Shown here: piece after piece, positions 49,503 to 64,000 of the stretch | How the letters are laid out: each line of letters begins with the position of its first letter | Numbering within the stretch: position 1 is the first letter of the stretch | Source: Chlorokybus atmophyticus | Lineage: Eukaryota; Plantae; Mesostigma and Chlorokybus algae | Assembly (NCBI GenBank): GCA_009103225.1 | Contig: RHPI01001616.1 | Location: 671,096-735,095, forward strand | Reading direction: 5' to 3' | Length of the DNA stretch: 64,000 bases | Position numbers and translations under genes: made by a program | Notes under the pieces: model-generated | What the model was told of the DNA's origin: nothing | Databases searched by the model: none | The model's input: the letters and a program-made list of their open reading frames with translations, nothing else

Positions 49503-51161
49503 AAAGGGTGCTTGCAAACATCTCTGCCGCTTCGACCCTGGTTCTTTTTTCAGTGCTCACGGTGGGGCCTTGCTAACCCTTCAATAAGGACATCAAAACC
49601 TAAGTGGGGGGGAATGTAATGGAGTGCTACCGCTATGCGGTTCCCCGCCCTTATTCAATGAGAAATAAGGGTCCCAACGGGATACGCAGCCATTAGAGTC
49701 GTATTATATGCCTTAATAAGGTGTTATGTTATGTAACACCGATATCGACTTCAGACAAGAGTCTCAAGTCGATATCGGCCGCATGGCGGTGCTGCTAACG
49801 CATTGGCCGCGATAGCCAGGGGATCTTTCAATCCCCTGGCTGCCAGCGGCGGCGGCGGCGACATGGGTGTGGTTGGTGGTGTTGGGGTAGGGGATTAAAG
49901 GGGGCGGTAGCACCCCCCTCCTTACAGACGCCCAAGACAGGTGAACGGCCATGCATCATGAGCACGAGCACTGACTCTACCTTCACCCATGCCGTGTCTC
50001 TGCTCGTTCAGAGCTCGCAGATGCGACCGCACAGCTGGGAGTGTAGTACTTGTACAAGGCACGCTTGATTCAGAGCCTGAGGAACTCCACAAAAAGGCCA
50101 AATAATGGGGTAACAGGCTCAGCGCCTTTTCAGAGCTTGAGCGCGGCGTCCTCTGCTGTGCGAGGCTTAGGAAGGACAGGTCCTCCTGTAGGCGCTGCTA
50201 AGATGCCTGCAGCTGGCGCTGTAGTTGGCGTTGCTAAATGCGCAGCAGGTTGGGAAGTGGCAGCAGGTGCGGATGGGCCCTGCTCTGGTGTGCATGTGCT
50301 CTAGCTCATGTCCGAACTTCACCACCATTCCCCTCTTCCCCCATAGTCGTGTATGCAGTCTGATGCAAACCCCAATTCAAGTTGTAGCAGCTAACAGCAA
50401 AAAACACTTAAACACTCTCATCAACAATGACAACAGCTCAGCGCTGCCACCACCGTCGCTGCTGCTCTGCTCAAGCACAACAACAACAACAGCTACTCGT
50501 ACGGCGTGCAAGCTTACAGCGCCGGCGCCCAGCAAGGTATGCTGCGTCAGCTACCGAGTGCCCGGCTCGGGGCTATAACATTGGCAGAAAGTGCAGACTG
50601 AGTGCGCGTTCAACGCCCGCCTGCATCTTTTGCGGTGGGAGATTCACTAACTGCGGACGTCACGCGCTGTCAGCTAGTGACGTCGGCAGTCGAGTATTGG
50701 TAAACCTATGAATGGTCCATTCCCCGCAGACCAGGCAGTCCTGGCATGCGGGGTCTGTGGAAGGACGATATCTGGGCCTCGAACGTTATGCCGTGTGATG
50801 TTAAAGCTAGCTACGGTCTACCCTCATTATAGTAACCACGTATGTATGCAGACATTTGTCACTGCATGGAGGTGTCCTTCCTTCGATGTAGTGACACATG
50901 GTCACTGTAACGCATATATGATGTGTAGTGACGGTTTGTCATTGCATCAAGGGTTACTTCAATTCAAAAAATTACCGTGTAGATTGCAAGACTCCATTGA
51001 CATAAGAGCCGGCTCTATGCAATAATAATTTGTTACCACACTGAAAAATCAACACCCTAATGCAGTGTCGGCTGGTGAAGTTGCTTTCTCCAACCCAGAT
51101 TACGAGTATGACGTTTGAAATGATCCATTCTAAATGTTGCAATGAGAGAAGCTGCAACTTA

Positions 51162-51377
51162 CCGTATTTCGTCGAATATGACCCCCCTTTCATTACACAA
51201 ACAAAGCCCTCCCTTATATTTTTTTTGGGGGGGGGGGNNNNNNNNNNNNNNNNNNNNNNNNNNNNNNNNNNNNNNNNNNNNNNNNNNNNNNNNNNNNNNN
51301 NNNNNNNNNNNNNNNNNNGGGGGGGGGGGGGGAGGGGGGCGGTTGGATTTGAGGGGGGGTCTGTTATACCAAGCAGG
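51162..51377. mobile_element. Tc2/pogo-like MITE (contains an N gap)
   Basis: Left end TA-CCGTATTTCGTCGAATATGACCCCCC; degenerate right end GGGGGGTC..CAGG-TA. The same terminus occurs reversed at ~35030-35048 and ~52648-52673. Confidence 0.55.
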
Positions 51378-51663
51378 TAGTAGTAGTATGCGCGGCGCGG
51401 TCGCGTCAATTACACAACGCATCGTAACTCGGCACCATAATCGGCACCTACCGTAAGGCGGCAGTCGCTAAATATGGCGCAGTAGCCTGCGGCCATGGCA
51501 ATGCCATGGTCATGAGCTTATTCTAGCCTTTATAATGCATATAAAGTGCTAGATAATGCAATGCTTTTACCCATTTATACACTCCCCTGCTGCAGCTAAG
51601 GGTTTAAGCTAAAAGCTAATGTGGCCTTCTTATGCTACATTCGTAATTACATCAAGCCTACTA

Positions 51664-52149
51664 CAGTCTACCCTCGATGTAGTGATCACGAATGTTTGAA
51701 AGTGTTTGAAAGAATCCTTTCGATGTGGTGACGGACGGTCGTTATAACGCATTAATGCTAAATAGTGACCATCTGTGCTTGCAACCAGGGATTTTTGAGC
51801 AATGCATCAACATTGAGTATGGTAAAAAGCAAGACATGCATTCACCAAGAGCTGAACATCTTTATGTATTGACAATTAATTATTAAATTAAAGTGTTCAT
51901 GCCATTGTTGTAGTGACAACTTGTCACTACAACGAGGTTTGCAAACCCTACTTAATTATTTATGCATTAAGTAGGGTTATACATGTTGCCCTTTTTATAG
52001 TGACGCTCTCCACTAACACCTATTTGTCCTTACATGGAGTGTGATAATCATTAGGTGCTGATTTGCCTCATGTAAAACGGTTGACCAATATCTTGTCACT
52101 ATTAAGAGGGTGTCGTAAGCAAGAGTGTGGTTACAGCGAGGGTAGACTG
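51664..52149. mobile_element. pogo/Tc1-type MITE
   Basis: Perfect 13-bp TIR CAGTCTACCCTCG / CGAGGGTAGACTG flanked by TA on both sides; internal 13-bp-arm palindrome at 51907-51933; a related left end at 50814. Confidence 0.82.
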
Positions 52150-53447
52150 TATGGCTAGACTGTGTGGCTAATTGTTTAGAATGACAAGCCATCAACATCT
52201 TCGTATATAAGCTATATACATATGCTTAAATGAACAGCTACGTCCCGTTCAGCGCGCCACTGGCAACGGCGGCTCGCTGTCCGTGCATTTGACTGGCATT
52301 CGGGCAGAGCCCGCAATATCGGCCCAGCAGTGCCGGGTCGCCCGCTGGGCCTAGTCCTATAGGAGGAGCCGTGGCTCTTTCCTACAGGACTAAGCACCGG
52401 CCCGGCACATGAATTTGTTGGCTGTTGAAGTGGCTTCATCCCGGGGAATGTCAGCAAATTAAACACCACTTTCCTACACGAGTTTTTAAAATGGGCCACA
52501 TTAGCTGTCTAGCCACTAATTTATGCACGGCTACACCCCCCAGGGAGGGAGTGGGGCCCAGTCCGTGGTTGTATTAGGGTAGGGGGGGGGGGGGGGGGGG
52601 GNAAACAAAGCCCCCCTAGCTATTTCAGTGGGGGTTGTAATAGAGGTGGGGTTGTATTCGACGAAATACGGTACTGTTCTCAAAGACGTGGCTGAAAAAT
52701 TGAAGCGACACACGGCCCTCTCTGTCGTCATCTGGCGGACACGTCAGCGGTCTGCTGGTGTCATTGACAATCCACGGCCCGGCCCCCGGGCAGGCACTAC
52801 TAGTGCCGCACTAGGCGGTGGGGGCATGCTGCTGTCTGGGCAATGCCCTGCAGCATGCTGCTGTCGCGCTGAGCGCTCCGGCCTGGAAGCCGTTGCCCGC
52901 AATCACGACAGGTCCCGACTCAGTGTGCTTGCCTCGCTGTACGATGGTGTACCTTCTTGCATTCTTGCGCTGCGCTGTGCCCGTTGAGTTTGGCGCGATG
53001 CACACCGTGACGTCGCTTGAAATGGTACACATACATGTACGTATCGCGAAGTGTGCCAGGAAGGTCTACAAGAAGTGTACCATACTATGGTAGGAAGCGG
53101 GACTTGTACAGTAGCTCGTGATGGCTTGGCGGAGCAGCAGGCTGGAGACTTGTCCTCGTCCTATCAGGGAGGGGTTCGTATGCATGCGCGCGGAAAGCGA
53201 ACCGTCCAAGATGGCAAATTTGCAACATGCTTTCCAAGAAGGAGCGTGCGTGGCGTCCGCGGCCGCGGCCCGTGAGAGTTGAGCTACATGCTTATCTGAC
53301 GTCAGCAGTCCGCGTCCCCTCTGATGAGCCTCCTCCCTTAGATATAAGGCAGAGAGCAGGAGAGAGAAGAGAGTGTGTCCTGTGTGTGTGCGTACTCTCA
53401 GCAGTCACAGCAGAGGACAAGCTTGTCTTGTTACTCCAGGGGCGAGT

Positions 53448-56988
<3,541 letters not shown>

Positions 56989-59844
56989 GCAACGAAGTTT
57001 CCAACCGCCACCCTACTTCTGCAACACAGTGTGTGATGGTCCAGGCGTACCTGCAGCTGCAGGCCCTGGCCATGCACATGCCAATTTTGACCTCCAACCC
57101 AGCCATCTACCAACAACAGCTTAGTGCAGTGCAGCTCAGAGGTCTTGTAGGGGTTTGCAACTGCCATGTCGTGCTCGTATCAAGCAGCGCCATGTGTAGC
57201 AACTACGCAGTGCATCATATAGTGCCCATGTTCTGGAATGTTATTCTGCACTATGCTGCTGTTCCACAGACATGTTGTGCATTGCTTCCCTTGTAGATTG
57301 TCCGACCACCGTGGCACTGGTCATCGTGTTGAATAGTGCAGACGTTGAGCTTTGTTTGACGATATGCGGTTCAGCGTGCTTGTAAGCCATTGCATATACA
57401 TGCAGCCACCAGTGCTTTGCCCACCCGGCAACGTAAATGCAAACGCCATACTTAACAACGTACGTAACTTGCGCTTGATGTCCTCGCACTTGAGTGCAAG
57501 CCTGTCTGCGGGTGGTCAAGAGTTGGAGGCACGCTCCCATCATCCTGCTGCAGACACATTACACCTTGGCTGCGGTCTTAAGCACCAAGTGCACTGTAGT
57601 GTGTCAGCTATACCACACCGTCCGGTGTTTACATCTGCAGATCGTCAACAGATTTGCCTCATGCTTTGCGAGGAGAGGGTGTGCAGGCAAGCATGATCAT
57701 GATTTGGAGGGATAGAGTGTGCGTGCACTGAAATAATTCTTCCCTTTTCAGACGCTTGGGCGCCAATCCTTGCCGCCTTGAAGTCAGTCGTGCAACATTC
57801 GAACTGTAGCGCATTGTGGGTGTCACACATCTGCAAGAGCAGCTCCAAATCGGACATTAGAGTCTCACCTTGACAACTGGACAGTGCTCAAGGTAACTGT
57901 GTAGTGCTGAAAGCTTTTTGCGCTGAACTACACTTCAGCGTTAGCGTGCTTGCGCAAACTTCTTAAAGATTGTGTCTAAGTGGGGAGGAACAGTAACTCG
58001 AACGAAGTCGTCATGTGCGTGCATACAAGAAACCATAGTTGGCGCTAGGCTACCAGTAGGTGCTTGTGTCTGCTCAAGAGGTACCCAAACACCTGGAATT
58101 GAGGACTTAAGAACAGGGGTCTGACGGACTTAAACACAGGACTGCTGTGTTTCGGACTTGTTGATAATTCCTGCGCCTGCCACAAAGACCATCTATATGA
58201 GCTTTCAGGTAATGGAGCTGACTATGTGGCTTTGCAGTGTTGGGGGAGTTGACGACAACAGCACAGATGAGCGTGTTAACCTTCACGCCGCATCTCATGT
58301 CCACGCGCAGCGACAATATCTGGTCAAACAAACACCAATTGTGTCTCTAGCGACGGGGAGCTGAATACCGTCCACAATGATTGCGCAACCGCATGCGGAA
58401 GTGTAACATGTGATGCTTTTGACGAGTCAGCACAACACACATGCGAGCGCATGCGCGGCCTACGTTTATGGCATAATATGTAACTTACGAAGATTCAGAA
58501 TCCATTACCAGTCAAGTACAGCGTGTTGTCTTTGAGCTTGCTCGCAGCAATCAACCACTTATTGTTGCGCTGCCTTAGCGCCACATAACCACTGAAACGC
58601 CATCCTCGTCCAGTCTTTCACCTATTCATTGATACACAATCCCGCTCTAATCTTGGTGAGGGCAAGCCTAGTCTAGCGAGGCCGCCGGCTAACAGAATGC
58701 GCTAGAATTGTGCGGACAAGCAAGCATTAATCTGCAATGTCTTGTTGTTCATTCCAACCGTATGCCCGGCATGGCATGCATGCCTTGGATAAGTTGAAAG
58801 TATTCTCCCTCTCACTGTTTACCCCTCGCTAGCTGTTCTTTCCCTCGTTCTCCTGCTCTTGCGCTCTCATATTTACCTCACCTCTCTATGCTTCTTGCGA
58901 TTAGCGCCGCTCCCCCGCCGGCGGCGCGACAACCCTGCATACCGCATGCATGCCCCCGCCATAGCCATGCCGCCAACCCTGAAGCTATTGGCCATTTTTT
59001 GCATGTTTCGGCTGCTACACGATATCACCGTGCCTAGTCGTGGTCTGAATTGCAAGCAGTATGCTTGCGTAGAGTCCAAGACCGGAGCCCAAGCTGCATA
59101 ACAGTTGGTTTTCAGCAAGCAGGCGGCATTGCCCCGGCAGCGTTAGGGTAAAACGCCCTAACTTTCGAGTTGCCCCTAATTTCGGAGATAGGGTATTTTA
59201 GCTAGCTAGAAGGCGCTGGTCAAGCCCGTTTGGCTTGAGACTTATACTTATAGGTAGTAGAGTAGGTACTACGATGGTTGTAGGGAGCTAACAACCTTCG
59301 CAAACAGTCCAATATGGCGGCAGGTTCAATTTTTCAAGCATGGGTGCAATGCACCAACTTTTCCATGTATATGGTGGGTCAACTTAGTCTGATCATAACT
59401 TTGGCTGTAGTCGTGTGAATTAAGTGCGAATAGGTGCATTCACAAAGCTCTTGTTATGATTGATCTATTTTCCAAGTCTCATATATTATGACGCGGTATT
59501 GCAAAAGTCAGGAGATAAGGGTGAAGTGGGTGTCGCGTAACGTTTCCAGTGATATATTAAAAATATGTTATATGGTCGTGAGGGTTGTAAATTTGTTTGG
59601 CGCCTTGTGCTAGCTTGTTTGTATGTTTGAAAGTGGGCAGCGTGTTAACAACTTGCATTGCAACGTGCAGAGGCACTCAGAGTTCAGTTTGGGTTTGAGT
59701 GGGGGGCAAGTTGTGCAAGTTGTTGTGCAACTACTGTGGCTTAGTGCTGCATTGCAGTGTGCTTGTGTGTGTGTTAGCAGCTGGCAAGCGGCAAGAGCAG
59801 TCCAGCAGCAGTTGACTTGGGGAATTTCTAAGGGTGAGCGCTAC

Positions 59845-60514
59845 TGTAACGATGTTCGTGCTCACATACACAGCACACAAGTCATACAACACATGTGTGC
59901 AGCTCAGCACAGTCTTCGCACCGGAACCTTGCCTTCTCCCGCGCACACACGCACGCGTCGAGCACGCACACGCACACGAACACTACTACTTCCCACGCCA
60001 AGCAAGTACGCAGCAGTGTGCCTTTGATCACGCCTCTCTCAAGCATACACCAGCATAGTCACAGCAGAGAGCAGAAAGCAAGCGCTGGTTGTATTACACA
60101 TGGTTTTCTACTGGTACAAGCACAACAACCAAGCAGCCTAATAACCAAGCGTTTTATCTATATTTTACCAAAATTTAAGGGACCTGTATAAGTGCCCCGC
60201 GCGTCGGAGTACATTTCACGCGGCAGCTGACTGGGCAGTCCGCGTCACAAGGTACTGCGCAGCGATAGCTGACTATGCAGTCCGCGTCACATGGCAGGTA
60301 CCGTGCAGTCTAGTCAGCTGCGTCACCGCTGCCTCAGTAGGTCACGTCGCAGGCAGGCAGCTGCCGGGCTGGTCGCAGGCGAAGTCGCGCGCGGCAGCAG
60401 AGCACCGCATGTACAGCTTGCAAAAGCCCTTCATAAAGCCTTGATAAAGCCAAAAAAAGGCAAAACACATATTGTACACGAAGTAAATGATGGAAAAAGG
60501 TCCAAGCTGTTACA
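59845..60514 (-). mobile_element. Solo LTR of the element-3 family
   Basis: TG..CA ends; colinear with 61418-62007. No clean TSD (CTAC vs ATAC). Confidence 0.8.
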
Positions 60515-61417
60515 ATACATGTGTTTAAGCATGCTTAGCACTAACACCACACAATGCACAGCACATTTGCAGCGGTGACATTGTTGACCACTACACATGG
60601 AGCAGATGTGAGACATGCCATGGGGTCAAACCACGTTAGTTACTTGAGCTCTGCACCGCACGTTCTAAATCCTGCCGCACAACCTACACCACCCACACAA
60701 CAACTAATACACTGGAATCAGCAATCAACCTCATATTATATATAGCACTTCACCAGTATCTCAAAGATTAACAGCTTGTTAACCTACAGTTCGGCTCTAC
60801 CCAAAGTTCAACGATGCACCGCTAACTGATGCAGTTGGGTAGGTCTTCCTTGGCTGCGACATGGTGCCCGCTGGCGTCCGCATGTCTGACTGGGACAAAT
60901 TTGCACCATTGGGTCGCCGCGGCTGCAGGTCTGCTGTGGACGCCCTCCTTGGCCTCAGCAAGTTACCATTAGCGTCCTGCCAACACGTGTTCTTCGGATC
61001 ATGTACTGGTGCTCTTGACACTAAACCCTGCTACACATACACATACAAGCGCGAGTTAGACTTAGTATTTGGCCAGGCAGCAAGCAAACAGTGATGTCAA
61101 AAAAAAAAACACCTGTGAAGGCCGCGCCGTGTGCTGCCCCAATACAGACTCTGACAGTGTCGGCTGATGGTTGACTGCCTTGATATGGCAATAGCTGCGG
61201 CAGGGTTAGCATGATCGCTGCAGGTACAGCAACCTTAGCTTTAGCTGACTGGATACCCTACACAACAACAACACCCAAACGGAAAGTCAGCGTTAACCGA
61301 ACTCATGTGTACAACGACAGCACACACATGAGCAAGCCAGGAGCCACATCGGTGCAAGAATAAGCAGTTGCACACACAGCACGAAACGGTAAAAAAACAA
61401 AACCGCCACCCACCTTT

Positions 61418-63920
61418 ACACAGCACACAAGTCATACAACACATGTGTGCAGCTGAGCACAGTCTTCACACCGGAACCTTGCCTTCCCGCGCACACATGC
61501 ACGCGTCGAGCACGCACACGCACACGAACACTACTACTTCCCACGCCAAGCAAGAACGCAGCAGTGTGCCTTTGATCACGCCTCTCTCAAGCAGACACCA
61601 GCATACTCATAGCAGAAAGCAGAAAGCAATAACTAAGCGTTTTGTCTATGATTTACCATAACCAAACCTGTATAAGGGCAGACTGCTACCCCACGCGTTG
61701 GAGTACATTTTCACGCGGCAGCTGACTGGGGTGTCCGCGTCACAAAGTACTGCGCAGCGATAGCTGACTATGCAGTCCGCATCACATGGCAAGTACCGTG
61801 CAATCTACTCAGCTGCGTCACCGCCGCCTCAGTAGGTCACGTCGCAGGCAGGCAGCTGCCGGGCTGATCGCAGGCGAAGTCGCGCGCGGCAGCAGAGCAC
61901 GCCTGTACAGCTTGTAAAAGCCCTTCATAAAGCCTTAACAAGCCAGGGAAAAGGCAAAACACATATTGTACATGAAGTAAATGATGGAAAAAGGTCGAAG
62001 CTGTTACACCCCTTCCCCCCTGGGAGAGCTTCGCCCTTGAGGCTGACGAGTGCCTCCTCTGGCCTTGTACTCCTGCAAAATCTGTTTGGCATTAGTGAAG
62101 CTCTCCTCTCGGGTTCGTACGTCGCCTTGTGCATTGGATAGCCGCGCCACTTGACCAAGTACTTGCGCACACCTCCCACCAGCTTGTCCTTGATGATTGC
62201 CTCTACCTCCCACTCAGCTTGGCCCTCATTAACCAGAACCGGAGGCGGACGAGGTGGCGGCTCCCACTTGTAAGCTTTCAGGAGCGAGACGTGAAAAACG
62301 GGGTGCACGCGCATAGTATCGGGCAGCTCCAGCTTGTAGGCTACCTCCGAGATGACCTTGATCACTTTGAAAGGTCCCCACCATCGCTTACTCAGCTTGC
62401 GCACACCCGTGACCAGCTGCACTTGCTTGGTAGAGAGCATCACACGATCACCCCTCAAGAAGACAACATGCTTGCAATGCGCATCGGCGTATTGCTTTTG
62501 CCTGTTTTGTGCCACAATCAGAGCCTCAAGAGCTGCCTTGCTAATGTCCGCACACCTCTCGAGAAAGCCATCCACGGCCTCCACATCGGAACATTGCATG
62601 CTAGGTGCCCATGCCGTCAACGGCGTCACTGGATGTTGCCCATAGTTCATGAGAAAAGGTGTCACGCCCGTGCTTGCACTCTTGTGGTTGTTGATGGTGA
62701 CCTCAATCAGTTCCAGCATGTCTCCCCAATTGTCTTGTCTGCTGTTCACATAGCACCATAGCATGTCCTCGACCACACGGTTGGTGCGTTCCGTTTGGCC
62801 GTCCGTTGCAGGGTGGTATGCAGTGCTGAACTTCAAGGTCGTGCCCAAAGCTGAGTGGAGAGCCTTCTAGAAGTTTCCCATGAACCGTGGGTCCCTATCG
62901 CCCACAATGCTCCTCGGGAGGCCATGAGAGCGCACCATATGCTTAATAAACAACTTGACAGCCTTGAGAGATGTGCAAGTCTCCATACATGGCGCCAACC
63001 ACACCATTTTGCTACTCTTGTCCACAAACACCAAAATAGCATCATGTTCTTTGGTTGTTCGTGGCAGCTCCGTGATGAAGAGTCGAGAGTAATTTGCTCC
63101 CACTTCGTCAAAAGTATCAGCAATGGTTGGAGCAGCCCGCTGACTCGTTGGTTGCTCGCCTTCACCCTTTGACAAGTGTCGCACAATGCCACATAGTCCT
63201 TAACATCACGATGCATCTCCGACCAGAAAAGTCGCCTGTTTCAACAAGGCTAGCGTCCGCTCCAGCCCTTGATGACCAGCCATTGACGCGTAGTGTGCTT
63301 CCTTCATCAATCCCACGCGCATGTACGCAATGTTGGGTATGTACATGCGATCTCCGTGCCATAGCAGCCCGTCCTTCAATGCCCAAAGGCCGCGTGATTT
63401 GTTCCGTTCTCGAGCGATGTAATAGCCTTCTTACCGTCGATGTCCTCATGCAACAAGGCTCAAATCTGCTTCAATCATTCGGGCTGCACTTGAACAACCG
63501 TTTTAATTGCATTGAGGTACCCACTCAACGCGTCTGCAACCTTGTTCAAATAGCCGGGCTTGTACTTGACATCTAAGTCAAGCAGTTGAAAGAACTCGAG
63601 CCAACGAGCTTGCCGCCGCGAGAGATGAGGCTGCGTTTGAAGGAACTTCAATGGCGAGTGATCCGTTTCAAGCATGAAGCGCTTGCCCTCAAGAAAACAA
63701 CGCCATTGCCATAGCGCCAACACCTGCGCCAGCAATTCCTTCTCATGAACGGGGTAGTTGAGCTCGGCTCCACTCAACTTCTTGCTAAAAAATGCCACCA
63801 GTTGCAAGCCGTTGCCGTGATCTTGCTGCAACACAGCTCCAACGGCCTTATTGGAAGCATGCCACCACGAAGGGCAACTGCATGTTGGGATGCACCAGAA
63901 CGGGTGCTGATGTTAACCAG
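61418..63920 (-). mobile_element. Ty3/Gypsy chromovirus element 3: RNase H-integrase-chromodomain, PPT and partial 3' LTR, truncated at the telomeric array
   Basis: LQQDHGNGLQLVAFFSKK..HEKELLA..TDHSPL; STAYHPATDGQTER; WEVEAII..YLVKWRGY; PPT GGGGGAAGGGG, then LTR TGTAACAG from 62007 leftwards. Confidence 0.92.
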
Positions 63921-63922
63921 GA

Positions 63923-64000
63923 TTAGGGTTAGGGTTAGGGTTAGGGTTAGGGTTAGGGTTAGGGTTAGGGTTAGGGTTAGGGTTAGGGTTAGGGTTAGGG
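63923..64000 (+). repeat. (TTAGGG)13 telomeric array running to the window end
   Basis: Pure array with the G-rich strand 5'->3' toward the end, the orientation expected for a right telomere. Confidence 0.9.

Larger units (their letters stand above)
41952..49926 (+). mobile_element. Ty3/Gypsy chromovirus-type LTR retrotransposon 2, full length, decayed, with nested mini-element
   Basis: LTRs at 41952-42254 and 49615-49926; 5-bp TSD GACGC; PBS TGGTATCGGAGC 42257-42268; PPT GGGGGGGAA 49606-49614. Confidence 0.96.
41662..50000 (-). pseudogene. Unknown ORF (possibly DDE/hAT-like transposase relic) split by LTR element 2
   Basis: Removing the element and one TSD copy gives an open frame AWVKVESVLVLMMHGRSPVLGVSLSHPPQGNFAMRLAVESTLTWVLGAAPNATHFVTD..ILKCTHNL. 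The family assignment is weak. Confidence 0.35.

Noticed and set aside
59840-60519. TSD for the element-3 solo LTR
   Set aside because: The flanks GCTAC / ATACA do not match as 5 bp, and only 3 of 4 match as 4 bp; no TSD is claimed.

Overview
Eukaryotic, intron-containing, repeat-rich draft-assembly DNA with several N gaps. It is probably subtelomeric, since it ends in (TTAGGG)13. The host is not identifiable with certainty; plant-type tRNA-iMet primer-binding sites (PBS) suggest the green lineage. Genes: the 3' part of a spliced bacterial-type hybrid histidine kinase (HAMP-HisKA-HATPase-REC-REC, <1..2614), and two paralogous secreted S53-like (sedolisin-like subtilase) genes inside a ~6.3 kb segmental duplication (34.7-41.1 kb and 52.3-58.5 kb). 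Mobile DNA: two full-length but decayed chromodomain Ty3/Gypsy elements with 5-bp TSDs (3260..9207; 41952..49926), a third cut off by the telomeric array, two solo LTRs, a Plavaka transposase gene, a LINE 3' relic and pogo/Tc-like MITEs. The most unusual object is a 1-kb non-coding mini-LTR (TRIM-like) element nested in the second Gypsy integrase (47295..48301, minus strand). It is a composite of two LTR types (A-int-B-B-int-A). In each half a tRNA-type Pol III A-box sits in the LTR end and a B-box-like motif lies just downstream of the PBS. Its only sense-strand T4 runs lie in the downstream LTRs. A third LTR/PBS junction with the same design occurs at 28.0-28.2 kb. The sequence patterns were read directly from the window; all mechanisms are inference.
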